Below, piece by piece: positions 1-9,109 of a stretch of DNA of 64,000 nucleotides. Position 1 is the first letter of the stretch; each line of letters begins with the position of its first letter. A model generated the notes under the pieces. The model saw nothing but the letters and a program-made list of their open reading frames with translations. It was not told the origin of the DNA and searched no databases. This DNA is from a virus (lineage: Duplodnaviria; Caudoviricetes): positions 1 to 64,000 of the IMG/VR virus record IMGVR_UViG_2706795742_000001. One strand, given 5' to 3'. The position numbers were made by a program, and so were the translations under genes.

Positions 1-284
1 TATTTACCGGGCGTGTGCATATTAAATGTAAAATCGGTGGCGGCCAGCAAACGATTATTTTCGCACCTGCCTGTTTATCAAAACCAGTCAAACAGAAGAT
101 ATTCGGGTTGTTCACGGTTTTGTTTTATCCATAACAGAAGTTGCTACAGCTTAGCTGCACCACTATAAAGTCCGGCGGTGAATACCGGCCTGGTGAAAAC
201 CTAATATCGCTTGCGTATTCGGGACGTGTTCGGCAAAATCACAATCCCTACGTTAAGCAAGGCTGACGAATCCCGCCAGACTGG

Positions 285-322
285 CAATGCCCCATGACGA
301 TCCTGTCCGTCATGGGGCATTG
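285..322. terminator. Perfect 15-bp inverted repeat (CAATGCCCCATGACG / CGTCATGGGGCATTG, 8-nt loop)
   Basis: Arms 285-299 and 308-322 read directly; no U-tract, so terminator role is inferred. Confidence 0.55.
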
Positions 323-380
323 TCGTATCCAGAACAGCTAATATGGCACATATTGAACAAGGGACTGGCACTGTGCTAGC

Positions 381-2021
381 GTGGTCCACATGATTAAATT
401 TCCGGGGTGTGACGGATACACCACCTTTATACGATCTGCCGTGCTTAAAAATCCGGGCCACAGGGTTGTATACAAAGAACTCGGCGTTCGTAATTTTTGG
501 TTCAAAACCCAGTCCGACGCAGAAAATTTCTGGCGAAAAGTAGACTGCCGCAAGGGAAAATACAAAGACGCAATTATGAAGGACGGGCTGTACGGCGACT
601 GGGACGAGATAATCGACCTTCGAGGAATCGGAGACGTTTCATATGAGTCGAAGCTGCTAGTTGACACTGTACCTATTATCAGAAGCCATAGCAGAAATTC
701 TCGTGCTGCAATTTGGGGTCTGAACGGCGGCACCGAAGAGGACTTGATCGAGAAATGCATTCTATATGACACGGTCATTATCTATGTTAATGTGCCTCTA
801 AAGCTATTTGGCAGAGCGTATTATACGCAGTTTGCTAAGAAGTTCCGCTGGATTATCTCGGCTCGTGAGCGCTTTCCGAATAAAAGATTCCTGTCTGCGG
901 GAACGTACATCTTCGACCTGCAATATTGCATGGGAATGGATGGTTGCACTAGTAACTTTATTCCCAGTGCTGGAAAGTATTTGACAATTCATCGCCCGAA
1001 TGGCGCAACCAGCGTTATTCAGGTAAATGGTGGAGAGCCATATAGGGTCATGCCCAGCGAGTTTATGAAGGACTGGGAATATCTTCTGGACCAATATCCA
1101 GGCAAGCTGTGGGCATTCTATTACTATAAAATGCTCCTGATGACGCCGGACTATATTAAGTGGTTCTATTCACCAGAGCGCATGAAGCCGCTTCAAAATG
1201 CTTCTGTTACCGATTTCAGTTACGCAGACTGGTTCTTTCGGAATTTTCTAGAGAATCCGCGAATCCTGGAATACGGATTGCGGACCGAAGATCACATCTT
1301 CAAAAACACGAAGCGCAACCTCGACACCAACCAGGTAGCCGGACTGGTAACCAAGAAGTTCGTTTACAATGACGCATTATTTTGCGACGGTTGCAGTGTA
1401 AATTATGCCTGTCGCCTATACAGAGAAGGGGGTGCTTGCAGAGTGCCTAGTTCTGATGGAAAGAAGTTTGCCGACAAATTTGCGAGCGGAAATGCCCAGG
1501 ATATTCTTGACGGAATGGGAACGCTGCTGCAAAAGCGTGCTCATCTTGTAGAGAAGCGCATGGATAAGCACGAAGCGGACGAAACTGAGCCCTCAAAAGA
1601 GGATTTGTCTATGATGAACGGGCTATTTAAGGACGCCGCCACGTTGGCTAAGCTCCGCGACCCGAGTTTGACTAAGCCGAATGTCGTGGTGGGAATCAAT
1701 AACCAGCAGGCTCTGCCGCGAGCAATTACTGATCGTGATTACGCAAATGCTATGCGAGAAATCGAAGCAACTGGCATTAGTCGTGAGAATATCACCAATG
1801 AAATGATCGAACAGTATATTCGTCAGCAAGACTTGGTGTTTGAATCTCAGCCGCAGTTGACCCAGGTTGTTCAGCCGCAGACGCAGCCGCAGCAAAAGCC
1901 TGAGCCGAGTGTTCCGCTTCCGCCGGAAACACTAGAAGAAATCGACAGTATAGAGCCAATTGAGGGCCAGGTAGTCGAAAATGAATACTCGCCTGTTTCC
2001 GATGTTGAGGAAGTGTTCTAA
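381..2021 (+). CDS. Unknown 546-aa protein before terminase; possible small-terminase-like C-terminus (CxxC-x5-C-x8-C, helical and Q/P/E-rich tail)
   Basis: Long ORF whose TAA abuts the terminase ATG; motif CDGCSVNYACRLYREGGAC; start uncertain. Confidence 0.75.
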   Translation: MVHMIKFPGCDGYTTFIRSAVLKNPGHRVVYKELGVRNFWFKTQSDAENFWRKVDCRKGKYKDAIMKDGLYGDWDEIIDLRGIGDVSYESKLLVDTVPIIRSHSRNSRAAIWGLNGGTEEDLIEKCILYDTVIIYVNVPLKLFGRAYYTQFAKKFRWIISARERFPNKRFLSAGTYIFDLQYCMGMDGCTSNFIPSAGKYLTIHRPNGATSVIQVNGGEPYRVMPSEFMKDWEYLLDQYPGKLWAFYYYKMLLMTPDYIKWFYSPERMKPLQNASVTDFSYADWFFRNFLENPRILEYGLRTEDHIFKNTKRNLDTNQVAGLVTKKFVYNDALFCDGCSVNYACRLYREGGACRVPSSDGKKFADKFASGNAQDILDGMGTLLQKRAHLVEKRMDKHEADETEPSKEDLSMMNGLFKDAATLAKLRDPSLTKPNVVVGINNQQALPRAITDRDYANAMREIEATGISRENITNEMIEQYIRQQDLVFESQPQLTQVVQPQTQPQQKPEPSVPLPPETLEEIDSIEPIEGQVVENEYSPVSDVEEVF

Positions 2022-5000
2022 ATGGCACAGCAGTTTAATCCGCAGACAGTCAAGAAAGCCGCAGTGGCTAATTCAACTGGCCGTAAGCGTGGACCCAAAA
2101 CTGCGCCCACGCTGCCGGTGAATAATAACTGGGGAGGAATGACCAGCCTGGCCCAGCGAATTGAATGGCTCAAGAATAATCCGGCATTTGACGAGGTTCC
2201 CGCCACGATGGAGGAATTTCTAGGTCCGCGCTATCTTGACATTGACCCTACGCAGAATTCTGGACTGCAAAAAGGTGTCGGAATTCGCCCAGGCGTCAAG
2301 AAGGCGCTCATTGATATTTTCGGAAAGGGGGTTGATCCAAACTCAATCTCGCTAATCAAGCGCGGCATGTTCACTGGCGGCATTGGCGTCGGGAAACAAT
2401 TCGACCTGGACGAGTTAATTCTTACCCCGCACGGATGGAAAAAGAATCAGGACCTAAAGGTCGGGGATCAGGTTATTGGCAAGGACGGCAAGGGCACTAA
2501 TGTCGTTGCTATTTTTGACAATGATTCAGTTGACAGATTCCGTGTTCATTTTAAGGACGGGACCTGGATCAATGCTGGCGGTGACCATAAGTGGGAAGTT
2601 CAGGAAAAGAAGCACGCAAGGGATAAGTCTACTCAAAAGCTAAAGCGCATTTCAGTAAAGCGAGTCATGGATACCCGTGAACTTGCTGGAAAAAACCTGC
2701 GCAACGGTCACGACTCATGGAAATATTCAATTCCATTGGTTGATCCTGTGGAATTTAGCTTGCCGTTTGAGGAATTGGTAGACGCATATACTCTTGGTTG
2801 GTACATCTCAAACGGTTACAGTGCAAGCGGCTCCCCAAAGATTGGGTTCCATGAAGATGATCTTGACTATTTGAAAAGGTCGCTGATCGTTTCTGGTTGC
2901 TACAATTACACAGATCAGCAGTCCACAAAGAGGGGTGGAAATCTGGTTTATTGTGCAAACAGTAATCATAAGCGCAAATTCAGTAATCCATTTGCACACG
3001 CACTGAATGTGCTGGGCCTTTTTGGCGTTCATTCTCTGGAAAAGTTCATTCCAGAGTCATATAAATTTGCGCCAGTAAATGTTCGCCTGGAACTTTTGCG
3101 TGGCCTTATGGACTCTGACGGTTGCGCAAATGTCGGCAATCGCAGTCAGTTTTCCACCGGATCGCGTATGTTGGCAAATGACGTTGCCGACCTAGTTCGT
3201 GGCCTTGGTGGATATTGCACCGTGACCAGTTTTGAGCGATTTAACACTGAATATATTGTCCATGTGAATATGGGCGATGTGTGCCCGTTCAAAATGCCAC
3301 GCAAGGCTGATAAGTGGAAGCCGAGAACTAATCAGAAGCCGAATCGCGCAATCGTTAAGATTGAAAGGATCGAAGACGGTCCCGGTCGCTGCATTATGGT
3401 TGACAATCCCGATCATCTTTATGTGGCAAAGGATTACATTGTCAGTCATAATTCAACCCTAGCCAGTATCGCGTTGACCTATATGGTGCATTGGGTTAGC
3501 TGCCTTCACGATCCGCAGGGCTATTTTGGCCTGCTGCCCGGTTCGCGTATCGCATTTATGATGATGAGTACGCGAGCCAGCCATGCTCAGGAAGTGTTGT
3601 TTGGTGACATTAAGGCGCGCATTAATTCGTGTGAGTGGTTCAAAAAGAACTGTCCGCATGACGAAAAGCTCACCAAGCAGCTTAGATTTCCCAAGGACAT
3701 TTGGATTATTCCCGGCACCAGTCAGGAAACATCAGTCGAAGGTTATAACGTCCTGTGCGGCATTATTGACGAGGGCGACAGCCATAAGGTAACTCAGGAG
3801 AAAGACTATGCCGAAGAGGCTTGGAATACTATTCACGGTCGTATTGCTAGCCGTTTTACTGACCCGGTTATTCAGGATCACCGTGGATTGCTCCTTGCAA
3901 TCGGGCAGATGAAAAAGGCCAACGGGTTCATGGCTAAGAAAAAGCATGACCTGTTGACCGATGGAAAGCCAAATCAGCTCGTCGTGGAAATGACCATCTG
4001 GGATTCACTTGGATGGGACAGATTCATGAAGGGTAATCAGCGCGATAGCTTTTTCTTCGACATTGTTCGCAAAAAGCAGGCAACATCTGCACAGGCTTAC
4101 GGTGCTGGAAAGAACATCATTGAGATTCCGAATGCCTATTTCAAGGACTTCGACAATGACCCCATCAGGGCACTAAAAGACCATGCTGGCATTCCGCCTG
4201 CCGTTGAAGATCCATTCATAACGCTGATTGACCGAGTTGATGAAGCTCAGGATAAATGGGCCGAGCGATTCAAGGATAAGTATAAGTACACCGTGGATAG
4301 CTCATGCACCATGCCTCAATTTCATCCGGACTTCGAGGCTGATTCAATTCTCAAGCGAGCTGTTCATGTTGACATTGCATTTGCGCCCGGCGGCGACGCA
4401 ATGGGAATGGCAATGGGGCATATTCCTGAGCTAGTTGAAATCGACGGCGAGCTTAAGCCTAGAATTGTCTTTGATTTCTTGCTCAGGATGAAACCCAGCG
4501 GCGGCGACGCACTGCAACTTGCGGATTTCAGGAAAATCCTGTATCACTTGCGGGATGATCTTAAATTTAAGATCGGCGTCGTGACATTTGACGGCTTCAA
4601 CTCGATGGATTCGATTCAGATTCTTCGTAAAAAGCACTTCAATGTCGGCGAAATGTCGGTGGACCGAACGAAAGCGCCATACGAGGAATTGCGCGAAGCA
4701 ATTTACGAACGTCGCATTGAGTTTCCCAAGTACATGACATATCTCACCAGAGCAGACACCGATAAGGTAAATATTGCTCGTCTAGAGCTTTCCGAGCTGC
4801 AAGACACCGGGAGAAAGATCGACCACCCGCCGAAGGGTAGCAAAGATATTGCCGACGCAATGGCTGGCGTGGTGTATGACCTTATGAGCAATGTGTCTTT
4901 CCGAAGGGGCTCAAAGCGGGATATTACAGAGCAGCGTATTGCCGAAGATGAAATGGAGTACAATTCCAAGGTTCTTGGTGACAGTTTTTCGCTCAGTCAG

Positions 5001-5141
5001 GACGAGTTCGCCGAGCTTTCGGATTTACTTTCTGCGGAACCAGGAAATCCCAGGAACCCGATTTCAGCCGGGCGACCAGGATACGGTCTGCCGCCGATTG
5101 AAAAAGATCCATTCGGACTCGCTGGCCTGAACATGCCCTGA
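2022..5141 (+). CDS. terL: Terminase large subunit containing an intein
   Basis: Walker A GGIGVGK|STLAS split by intein; Walker B-like GIIDEGD; RNase H-like nuclease motifs HVDIAF, FDGFNS, SKDIADAMAG. Confidence 0.93.
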   Translation: MAQQFNPQTVKKAAVANSTGRKRGPKTAPTLPVNNNWGGMTSLAQRIEWLKNNPAFDEVPATMEEFLGPRYLDIDPTQNSGLQKGVGIRPGVKKALIDIFGKGVDPNSISLIKRGMFTGGIGVGKQFDLDELILTPHGWKKNQDLKVGDQVIGKDGKGTNVVAIFDNDSVDRFRVHFKDGTWINAGGDHKWEVQEKKHARDKSTQKLKRISVKRVMDTRELAGKNLRNGHDSWKYSIPLVDPVEFSLPFEELVDAYTLGWYISNGYSASGSPKIGFHEDDLDYLKRSLIVSGCYNYTDQQSTKRGGNLVYCANSNHKRKFSNPFAHALNVLGLFGVHSLEKFIPESYKFAPVNVRLELLRGLMDSDGCANVGNRSQFSTGSRMLANDVADLVRGLGGYCTVTSFERFNTEYIVHVNMGDVCPFKMPRKADKWKPRTNQKPNRAIVKIERIEDGPGRCIMVDNPDHLYVAKDYIVSHNSTLASIALTYMVHWVSCLHDPQGYFGLLPGSRIAFMMMSTRASHAQEVLFGDIKARINSCEWFKKNCPHDEKLTKQLRFPKDIWIIPGTSQETSVEGYNVLCGIIDEGDSHKVTQEKDYAEEAWNTIHGRIASRFTDPVIQDHRGLLLAIGQMKKANGFMAKKKHDLLTDGKPNQLVVEMTIWDSLGWDRFMKGNQRDSFFFDIVRKKQATSAQAYGAGKNIIEIPNAYFKDFDNDPIRALKDHAGIPPAVEDPFITLIDRVDEAQDKWAERFKDKYKYTVDSSCTMPQFHPDFEADSILKRAVHVDIAFAPGGDAMGMAMGHIPELVEIDGELKPRIVFDFLLRMKPSGGDALQLADFRKILYHLRDDLKFKIGVVTFDGFNSMDSIQILRKKHFNVGEMSVDRTKAPYEELREAIYERRIEFPKYMTYLTRADTDKVNIARLELSELQDTGRKIDHPPKGSKDIADAMAGVVYDLMSNVSFRRGSKRDITEQRIAEDEMEYNSKVLGDSFSLSQDEFAELSDLLSAEPGNPRNPISAGRPGYGLPPIEKDPFGLAGLNMP
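2397..3452 (+). mobile_element. 352-aa class 3-type intein with LAGLIDADG-like endonuclease domain
   Basis: Starts QFDLDELILTPHGW; block B AGGDHKW; block E LRGLMDSDG; block F GRCIMV; ends IVSHN before Ser+1. Confidence 0.88.
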
Positions 5142-5164
5142 CGGCCAGACCTAGCCGGACCAGC

Positions 5165-5208
5165 ACCGCCCTGTGTAGCATTTAGCTGCACAGGGCGGTT
5201 TGCTTTTT
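5165..5208 (+). terminator. Intrinsic terminator between terminase and portal
   Basis: ACCGCCCTGTG-TAGC/GCTG-CACAGGGCGGT stem followed by TTGCTTTTT. Confidence 0.7.
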
Positions 5209-5275
5209 GTAGGTGCTGACTATTGCTACTACATTTCGCTAATAGAGTGCTGTCCCGAACACAAGGAGAAATGTA

Positions 5276-7147
5276 ATGACCGGACTCGTTGACGCACGAG
5301 GAAATCCGATTAACTCGAATGATTTTGCCAAGCCTAAAAGTAACCGAATGGACGATCCGGTAATCGGCGAAATTGGCACAGGGTGGAATGCCGAGTCTAA
5401 GCGGCATGGTTATACTGTTCCGTTCGGGAATCAGCTTGCATTTAATGTCAATAAGCTCACCATGAGCGATTATCGACTTATGCGCGATCATTACCAGGTC
5501 AATTCCAGCCTCAGTATTCTGACTTTTATGATTCACCAGATGGATTGGCGAATTTCTGGTGACAAGAAAAAGATCGAAGATCATGTGGACGAGAACATGC
5601 GCGCAATTTGGGCGCAGCTTGTTCGTGCGTTGAGTCAAGCTTTCTGGTCCGGCTATGCGCCGTGCGCGACCCAGTGGGAAAATGACGAGTCTTCTGGGAA
5701 GGTTCTGCTTACCAAGATTAAGGACTTGCCGCCGGAAGAGTGTGAAGTTCACTGGAAAAAGGTTGACGAGGCAAACGTCGCTTCCAAGCTAAAGGGCAGT
5801 GACGGACCGCGCGGTGCGTTGCCTATTGACCACCCGCAGGAAGGAACCTTGCGACAGATTCGTGCAAAGATGGGCGAAGATCGTGGCAAGGTTAAGATTT
5901 TCGACGGGATCACGCAGCTTGGCTACGGTAATATTCCGGTTGGAAACTCGTTCTGGTACCCCATGCTTATGGAGTATGGTGACTACTACGGCAAGAAGCT
6001 GCTTAATACCGCTTACCAGCCGTGGTTTTTCTCCCTGCTTATTCACATGTACTCGAATCGCTACTTCGAGCGATTTGGTGAGCCGGTTCCGGTTGCTCGC
6101 GCGCCATACGACGAGGAAATCGACGTCAACGGCAAGCCCGTTAAGGGCCATAAGCTCATGCAGGGTCTTGCGCGTCAGTTCCGCAATGGCAGCGCAATTG
6201 TGCTTCCCAATAACCGTGTTATGAACGGCACGCAAGACTCCGATATGTTTGAATATGATCTGGAATTCCTGGAATCCCAGATGAGAGGCGCAGATTTCGA
6301 TCGGTACTTGCAGCGATTGGACGAGGAAATTGCGCTGTCGCTGTTCACGCCCATTTTGCTGAATCGTACCGGCTCTGGCGGTTCGTTTAACCTTGGCGTG
6401 ACGCATATGCAGTTGTTCCAGTGGCAGGTTAATGCCGTTGTGAGCGATCTGGTGAGCTACATTAATAAGTACATCATTCGCCCGATGGTTCGGCTCAATT
6501 TCGGCGAGAAGGCACCAGTTCCTAAAATGGTTTTTCGCCCCGTTGGCCGCACCGACCCGGAAACCCTGCGCGCCGTCGTGCTCGAAGTCGTGCGCGCGGG
6601 CCGCGCCGCGCCGGACCTGACCGAGCTTGGCGACGCATTGGGCCTCTCGCTGAGCGAGATTGAGACCTTGACCGAACCGCCCGCCGAGCCGTCTGAGCCG
6701 CCTACGGACCAGCCAGACGGCGGTACGGGGACGCGCCGACCCGGCGACCCGCTCAACGGCGACACCAAGACGCCGGACCGGCGCAGCGGTCGCCCGGAGC
6801 GCTCGCGCGCGCCGAAGGGCACGGAAAAGCGCGGCAAGCTGGCAGCGGGAATGGCAGAGCGAATTTCGCAGCAGTTTGCAGCGGGGAACAAGAATCCTGA
6901 TATTGGATACTGGTCGAAGTGGCGCACTGTCCTTATGGAAGAATTCTCTCTTGAATGGGAGAGTGATATTATCTCGGACAGCTACAACATTCTTGTCCGC
7001 GATATTCATACTATGTATGAGAACCTTGCGGAAATTGATACTCCCGTCCTGGGTGATGTTCGCAAGGCATTTGAAAATATGATTACGACTAGCCTAGTAA
7101 GGGTTGAAAATGGCCTCAATGGACAAGAAGCCGCGAACTCGGAATGA
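5276..7147 (+). CDS. Portal protein (Mu gp29/DUF935-like) with Pro-rich linker and C-terminal extension
   Basis: Position after terminase; AGGAG RBS; motifs YFERFGEPVP and LDEEIALSLF..GSFNLGVTH. Confidence 0.85.
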   Translation: MTGLVDARGNPINSNDFAKPKSNRMDDPVIGEIGTGWNAESKRHGYTVPFGNQLAFNVNKLTMSDYRLMRDHYQVNSSLSILTFMIHQMDWRISGDKKKIEDHVDENMRAIWAQLVRALSQAFWSGYAPCATQWENDESSGKVLLTKIKDLPPEECEVHWKKVDEANVASKLKGSDGPRGALPIDHPQEGTLRQIRAKMGEDRGKVKIFDGITQLGYGNIPVGNSFWYPMLMEYGDYYGKKLLNTAYQPWFFSLLIHMYSNRYFERFGEPVPVARAPYDEEIDVNGKPVKGHKLMQGLARQFRNGSAIVLPNNRVMNGTQDSDMFEYDLEFLESQMRGADFDRYLQRLDEEIALSLFTPILLNRTGSGGSFNLGVTHMQLFQWQVNAVVSDLVSYINKYIIRPMVRLNFGEKAPVPKMVFRPVGRTDPETLRAVVLEVVRAGRAAPDLTELGDALGLSLSEIETLTEPPAEPSEPPTDQPDGGTGTRRPGDPLNGDTKTPDRRSGRPERSRAPKGTEKRGKLAAGMAERISQQFAAGNKNPDIGYWSKWRTVLMEEFSLEWESDIISDSYNILVRDIHTMYENLAEIDTPVLGDVRKAFENMITTSLVRVENGLNGQEAANSE

Positions 7148-7421
7148 ATTGCGGTGCCAGTGTAGATACCGGCCCCTCCTGGGAATATATGGACTAGACC
7201 ATATGGGGGCAGGTTACCTGCATATTATGGTTTACAAAAAGGGACGGCTTTACGGTGAAGTCGTACACAAAAAGGGCACCGTAGAAATACGGTGCCGGGA
7301 GTGCTATCGTTGGACCAAGATTTCGCTGAGTCCGAAGCGGGACAGCCCGACGCCGATTCTCCCGATCCAGAACGGGGCACCGGAACCAGCCGAGGCCGCA
7401 GGCCGGTCAAAGCTCGACTAG
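7104..7421 (+). CDS. Small zinc-ribbon protein, Mu Com-like
   Basis: ELRCQC..LL and GTVEIRCREC motifs; start uncertain (7104/7110/7119). Confidence 0.55.
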   Translation: MKMASMDKKPRTRNELRCQCRYRPLLGIYGLDHMGAGYLHIMVYKKGRLYGEVVHKKGTVEIRCRECYRWTKISLSPKRDSPTPILPIQNGAPEPAEAAGRSKLD

Positions 7422-7451
7422 CCGGACAGACAATCAGTAAGGTGGTTAACC

Positions 7452-8618
7452 ATGACGACGCAGACATTGCCCAAGAAGCATGACCATTTGGTCGTGTTCG
7501 CTGGCGAGGGCATTAATGGCGGCGTACAGCCGCAGCTAAGCGTCTTTGAACGGGACGGCAAGAAGGTCCTTGGAATTAAAGACGTTCCTGTTTTCCGTTC
7601 CGGCAATTTCCGTGACAGCATGGGATTCCCCCATGAATATGACGGAGAAGCAATGCGCTTGATGGTCAGTAATTTTGACCATTTGCGTGCTCAGAAGATT
7701 TTTTCTGACGTTCCTGTCCGTAACGGTCACCCGAGTCCTTTTCGGTCTCGAATGCAGGAACTCGTTGGTTATGTCGTTGGTCTCCGAACCGAGGATCGCA
7801 CTGCTCCGCACGATGGAAATGTTTACACATATCTTCTTGCGGAATTTGAAATCCTCGATGAGTCGGCACAGGAAAAGATCGAATCTGGACTGTGGCGAAA
7901 TCGCTCTAGCGAGATTGGCGTTTATCACGATAACCGCGAGATTGAGTATGCTCCCGCTTTTCTGGGCGTGGCATACGTTGACATTCCAGCCGTCGAAGGC
8001 TTGAATGGGTTCTCGAAGGACGAGAACGACGACGTTCACTTCATTATGGAGGATAACATGAGTGGCGCTATTACCCCGCCGCTTCCGAAGGGTAACGAGC
8101 CTTTCTCGTTTACTCTCGGCAAGCAGAACGGTATTACTGACGGTGCTGCCGTCCAGGAATACATTAACCAGATCGAGAATGAGAACGAGAAGTTTACCAA
8201 GCAGGTCACCGATCTGACTACGGAAAACACCGCTCTCAAGGAATTCCAGACCAAGGTCATTACTGCCGAGCGCGAGGATTTCGTTAGCTCGCTTATTGAC
8301 GACGGCAAGGTTCTCGCTAGCAAGAAGGATTCTCTCATTGCTCTTGCGAAGGGGCTTAATGAGGATCAGTTCGAGGCTTGGAAGGATTCTTTCGAGGATA
8401 CTCCGGCCAAGGAAATTCTTGGTAGCTACGGCAACCAGGAGTCGAATAAGCCGGCTTCCGGTTCCGAGCCGAGCGCCGAGGAAATTGCCGAGTCCGAGTT
8501 CGAGGCGAATAAGCGTGTCGTTTCTGCTCTTGCAAATTCGGGCATGAGCCTTGATAAGGTCAAGGCGACGGCTGCATATAAGTCTGTCGTTGCACACGAT
8601 TCGACTTTTACTCTGTAA
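7452..8618 (+). CDS. Capsid maturation protease / scaffold (Mu gpI-like)
   Basis: VPVFRSG, NGHP, RNRSSEIG, LGVAYVDIPAVEGL; helical acidic C-terminal half. Confidence 0.8.
   Translation: MTTQTLPKKHDHLVVFAGEGINGGVQPQLSVFERDGKKVLGIKDVPVFRSGNFRDSMGFPHEYDGEAMRLMVSNFDHLRAQKIFSDVPVRNGHPSPFRSRMQELVGYVVGLRTEDRTAPHDGNVYTYLLAEFEILDESAQEKIESGLWRNRSSEIGVYHDNREIEYAPAFLGVAYVDIPAVEGLNGFSKDENDDVHFIMEDNMSGAITPPLPKGNEPFSFTLGKQNGITDGAAVQEYINQIENENEKFTKQVTDLTTENTALKEFQTKVITAEREDFVSSLIDDGKVLASKKDSLIALAKGLNEDQFEAWKDSFEDTPAKEILGSYGNQESNKPASGSEPSAEEIAESEFEANKRVVSALANSGMSLDKVKATAAYKSVVAHDSTFTL
8058..8618 (+). CDS. Nested in-frame scaffolding protein from an internal start
   Basis: GGAGG at 8048-8052, ATG 8058 in the frame of 7452; parallels Mu gpI/gpZ. 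Confidence 0.6.
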   Translation: MSGAITPPLPKGNEPFSFTLGKQNGITDGAAVQEYINQIENENEKFTKQVTDLTTENTALKEFQTKVITAEREDFVSSLIDDGKVLASKKDSLIALAKGLNEDQFEAWKDSFEDTPAKEILGSYGNQESNKPASGSEPSAEEIAESEFEANKRVVSALANSGMSLDKVKATAAYKSVVAHDSTFTL

Positions 8619-8632
8619 GGGAGAAATAGAAA

Positions 8633-9097
8633 ATGGCTAGCTTCGATAAGCCCGACCAGGTAGTTTCTACCCCGGTTGGCCGTAAGCAGTATCTTCGTAG
8701 CTCGGTCGGTGCAAAGTTTGAAAGCTACACCGCAGCCGCAGGTGCGTTTGATCTTGAGAATTACACCAATGGCGTCGGTGGTACCGAGCAGCTTAAGGTG
8801 TTGCAGTCCGGTGAGGTAATCGCAAAGATTACTTCCGGTCCGGACGCCGGTAAGGTTGGCCCTTTCCGGGCTGGTGCTACCGACGGTAGGCAGACTGCCG
8901 CTAATATCGTTGGTATTGCTGAGTCGTATGTCCCAGCAATGCTTAATGAGCGCGACGTGGATATTTCGGTTTGCTATGAGGCAACCGCCGTTCAGGCGTG
9001 GTGCACCGAGCGAAATTCCAGCGGTGCTCGAATTCCGCTCACCGATACCGTGGCAAACGCTCTGCGTAATAAGTCCACTCAGATCACCTTTAAGTAA
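8633..9097 (+). CDS. Head decoration protein
   Basis: 154 aa between scaffold and capsid; GEVIAKITSG..GKVGPF..GATDGRQ pattern; strong RBS. Confidence 0.7.
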   Translation: MASFDKPDQVVSTPVGRKQYLRSSVGAKFESYTAAAGAFDLENYTNGVGGTEQLKVLQSGEVIAKITSGPDAGKVGPFRAGATDGRQTAANIVGIAESYVPAMLNERDVDISVCYEATAVQAWCTERNSSGARIPLTDTVANALRNKSTQITFK

Positions 9098-9109
9098 GGA
9101 GCCTAGAAA

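Noticed and set aside
160-200. AAAGTCCGGCG resembling part of a cobalamin riboswitch
   Set aside because: Remaining conserved elements (GGGAA, GCAACTGT, B12 box) are absent
201-778. Minus-strand ORFs of 86 and 146 aa at the left end
   Set aside because: Overlap the hairpin and the 546-aa gene; no RBS or recognisable features
5216-5248. Sigma-A promoter before the portal
   Set aside because: Best -35/-10 pairs have 14- or 21-nt spacers
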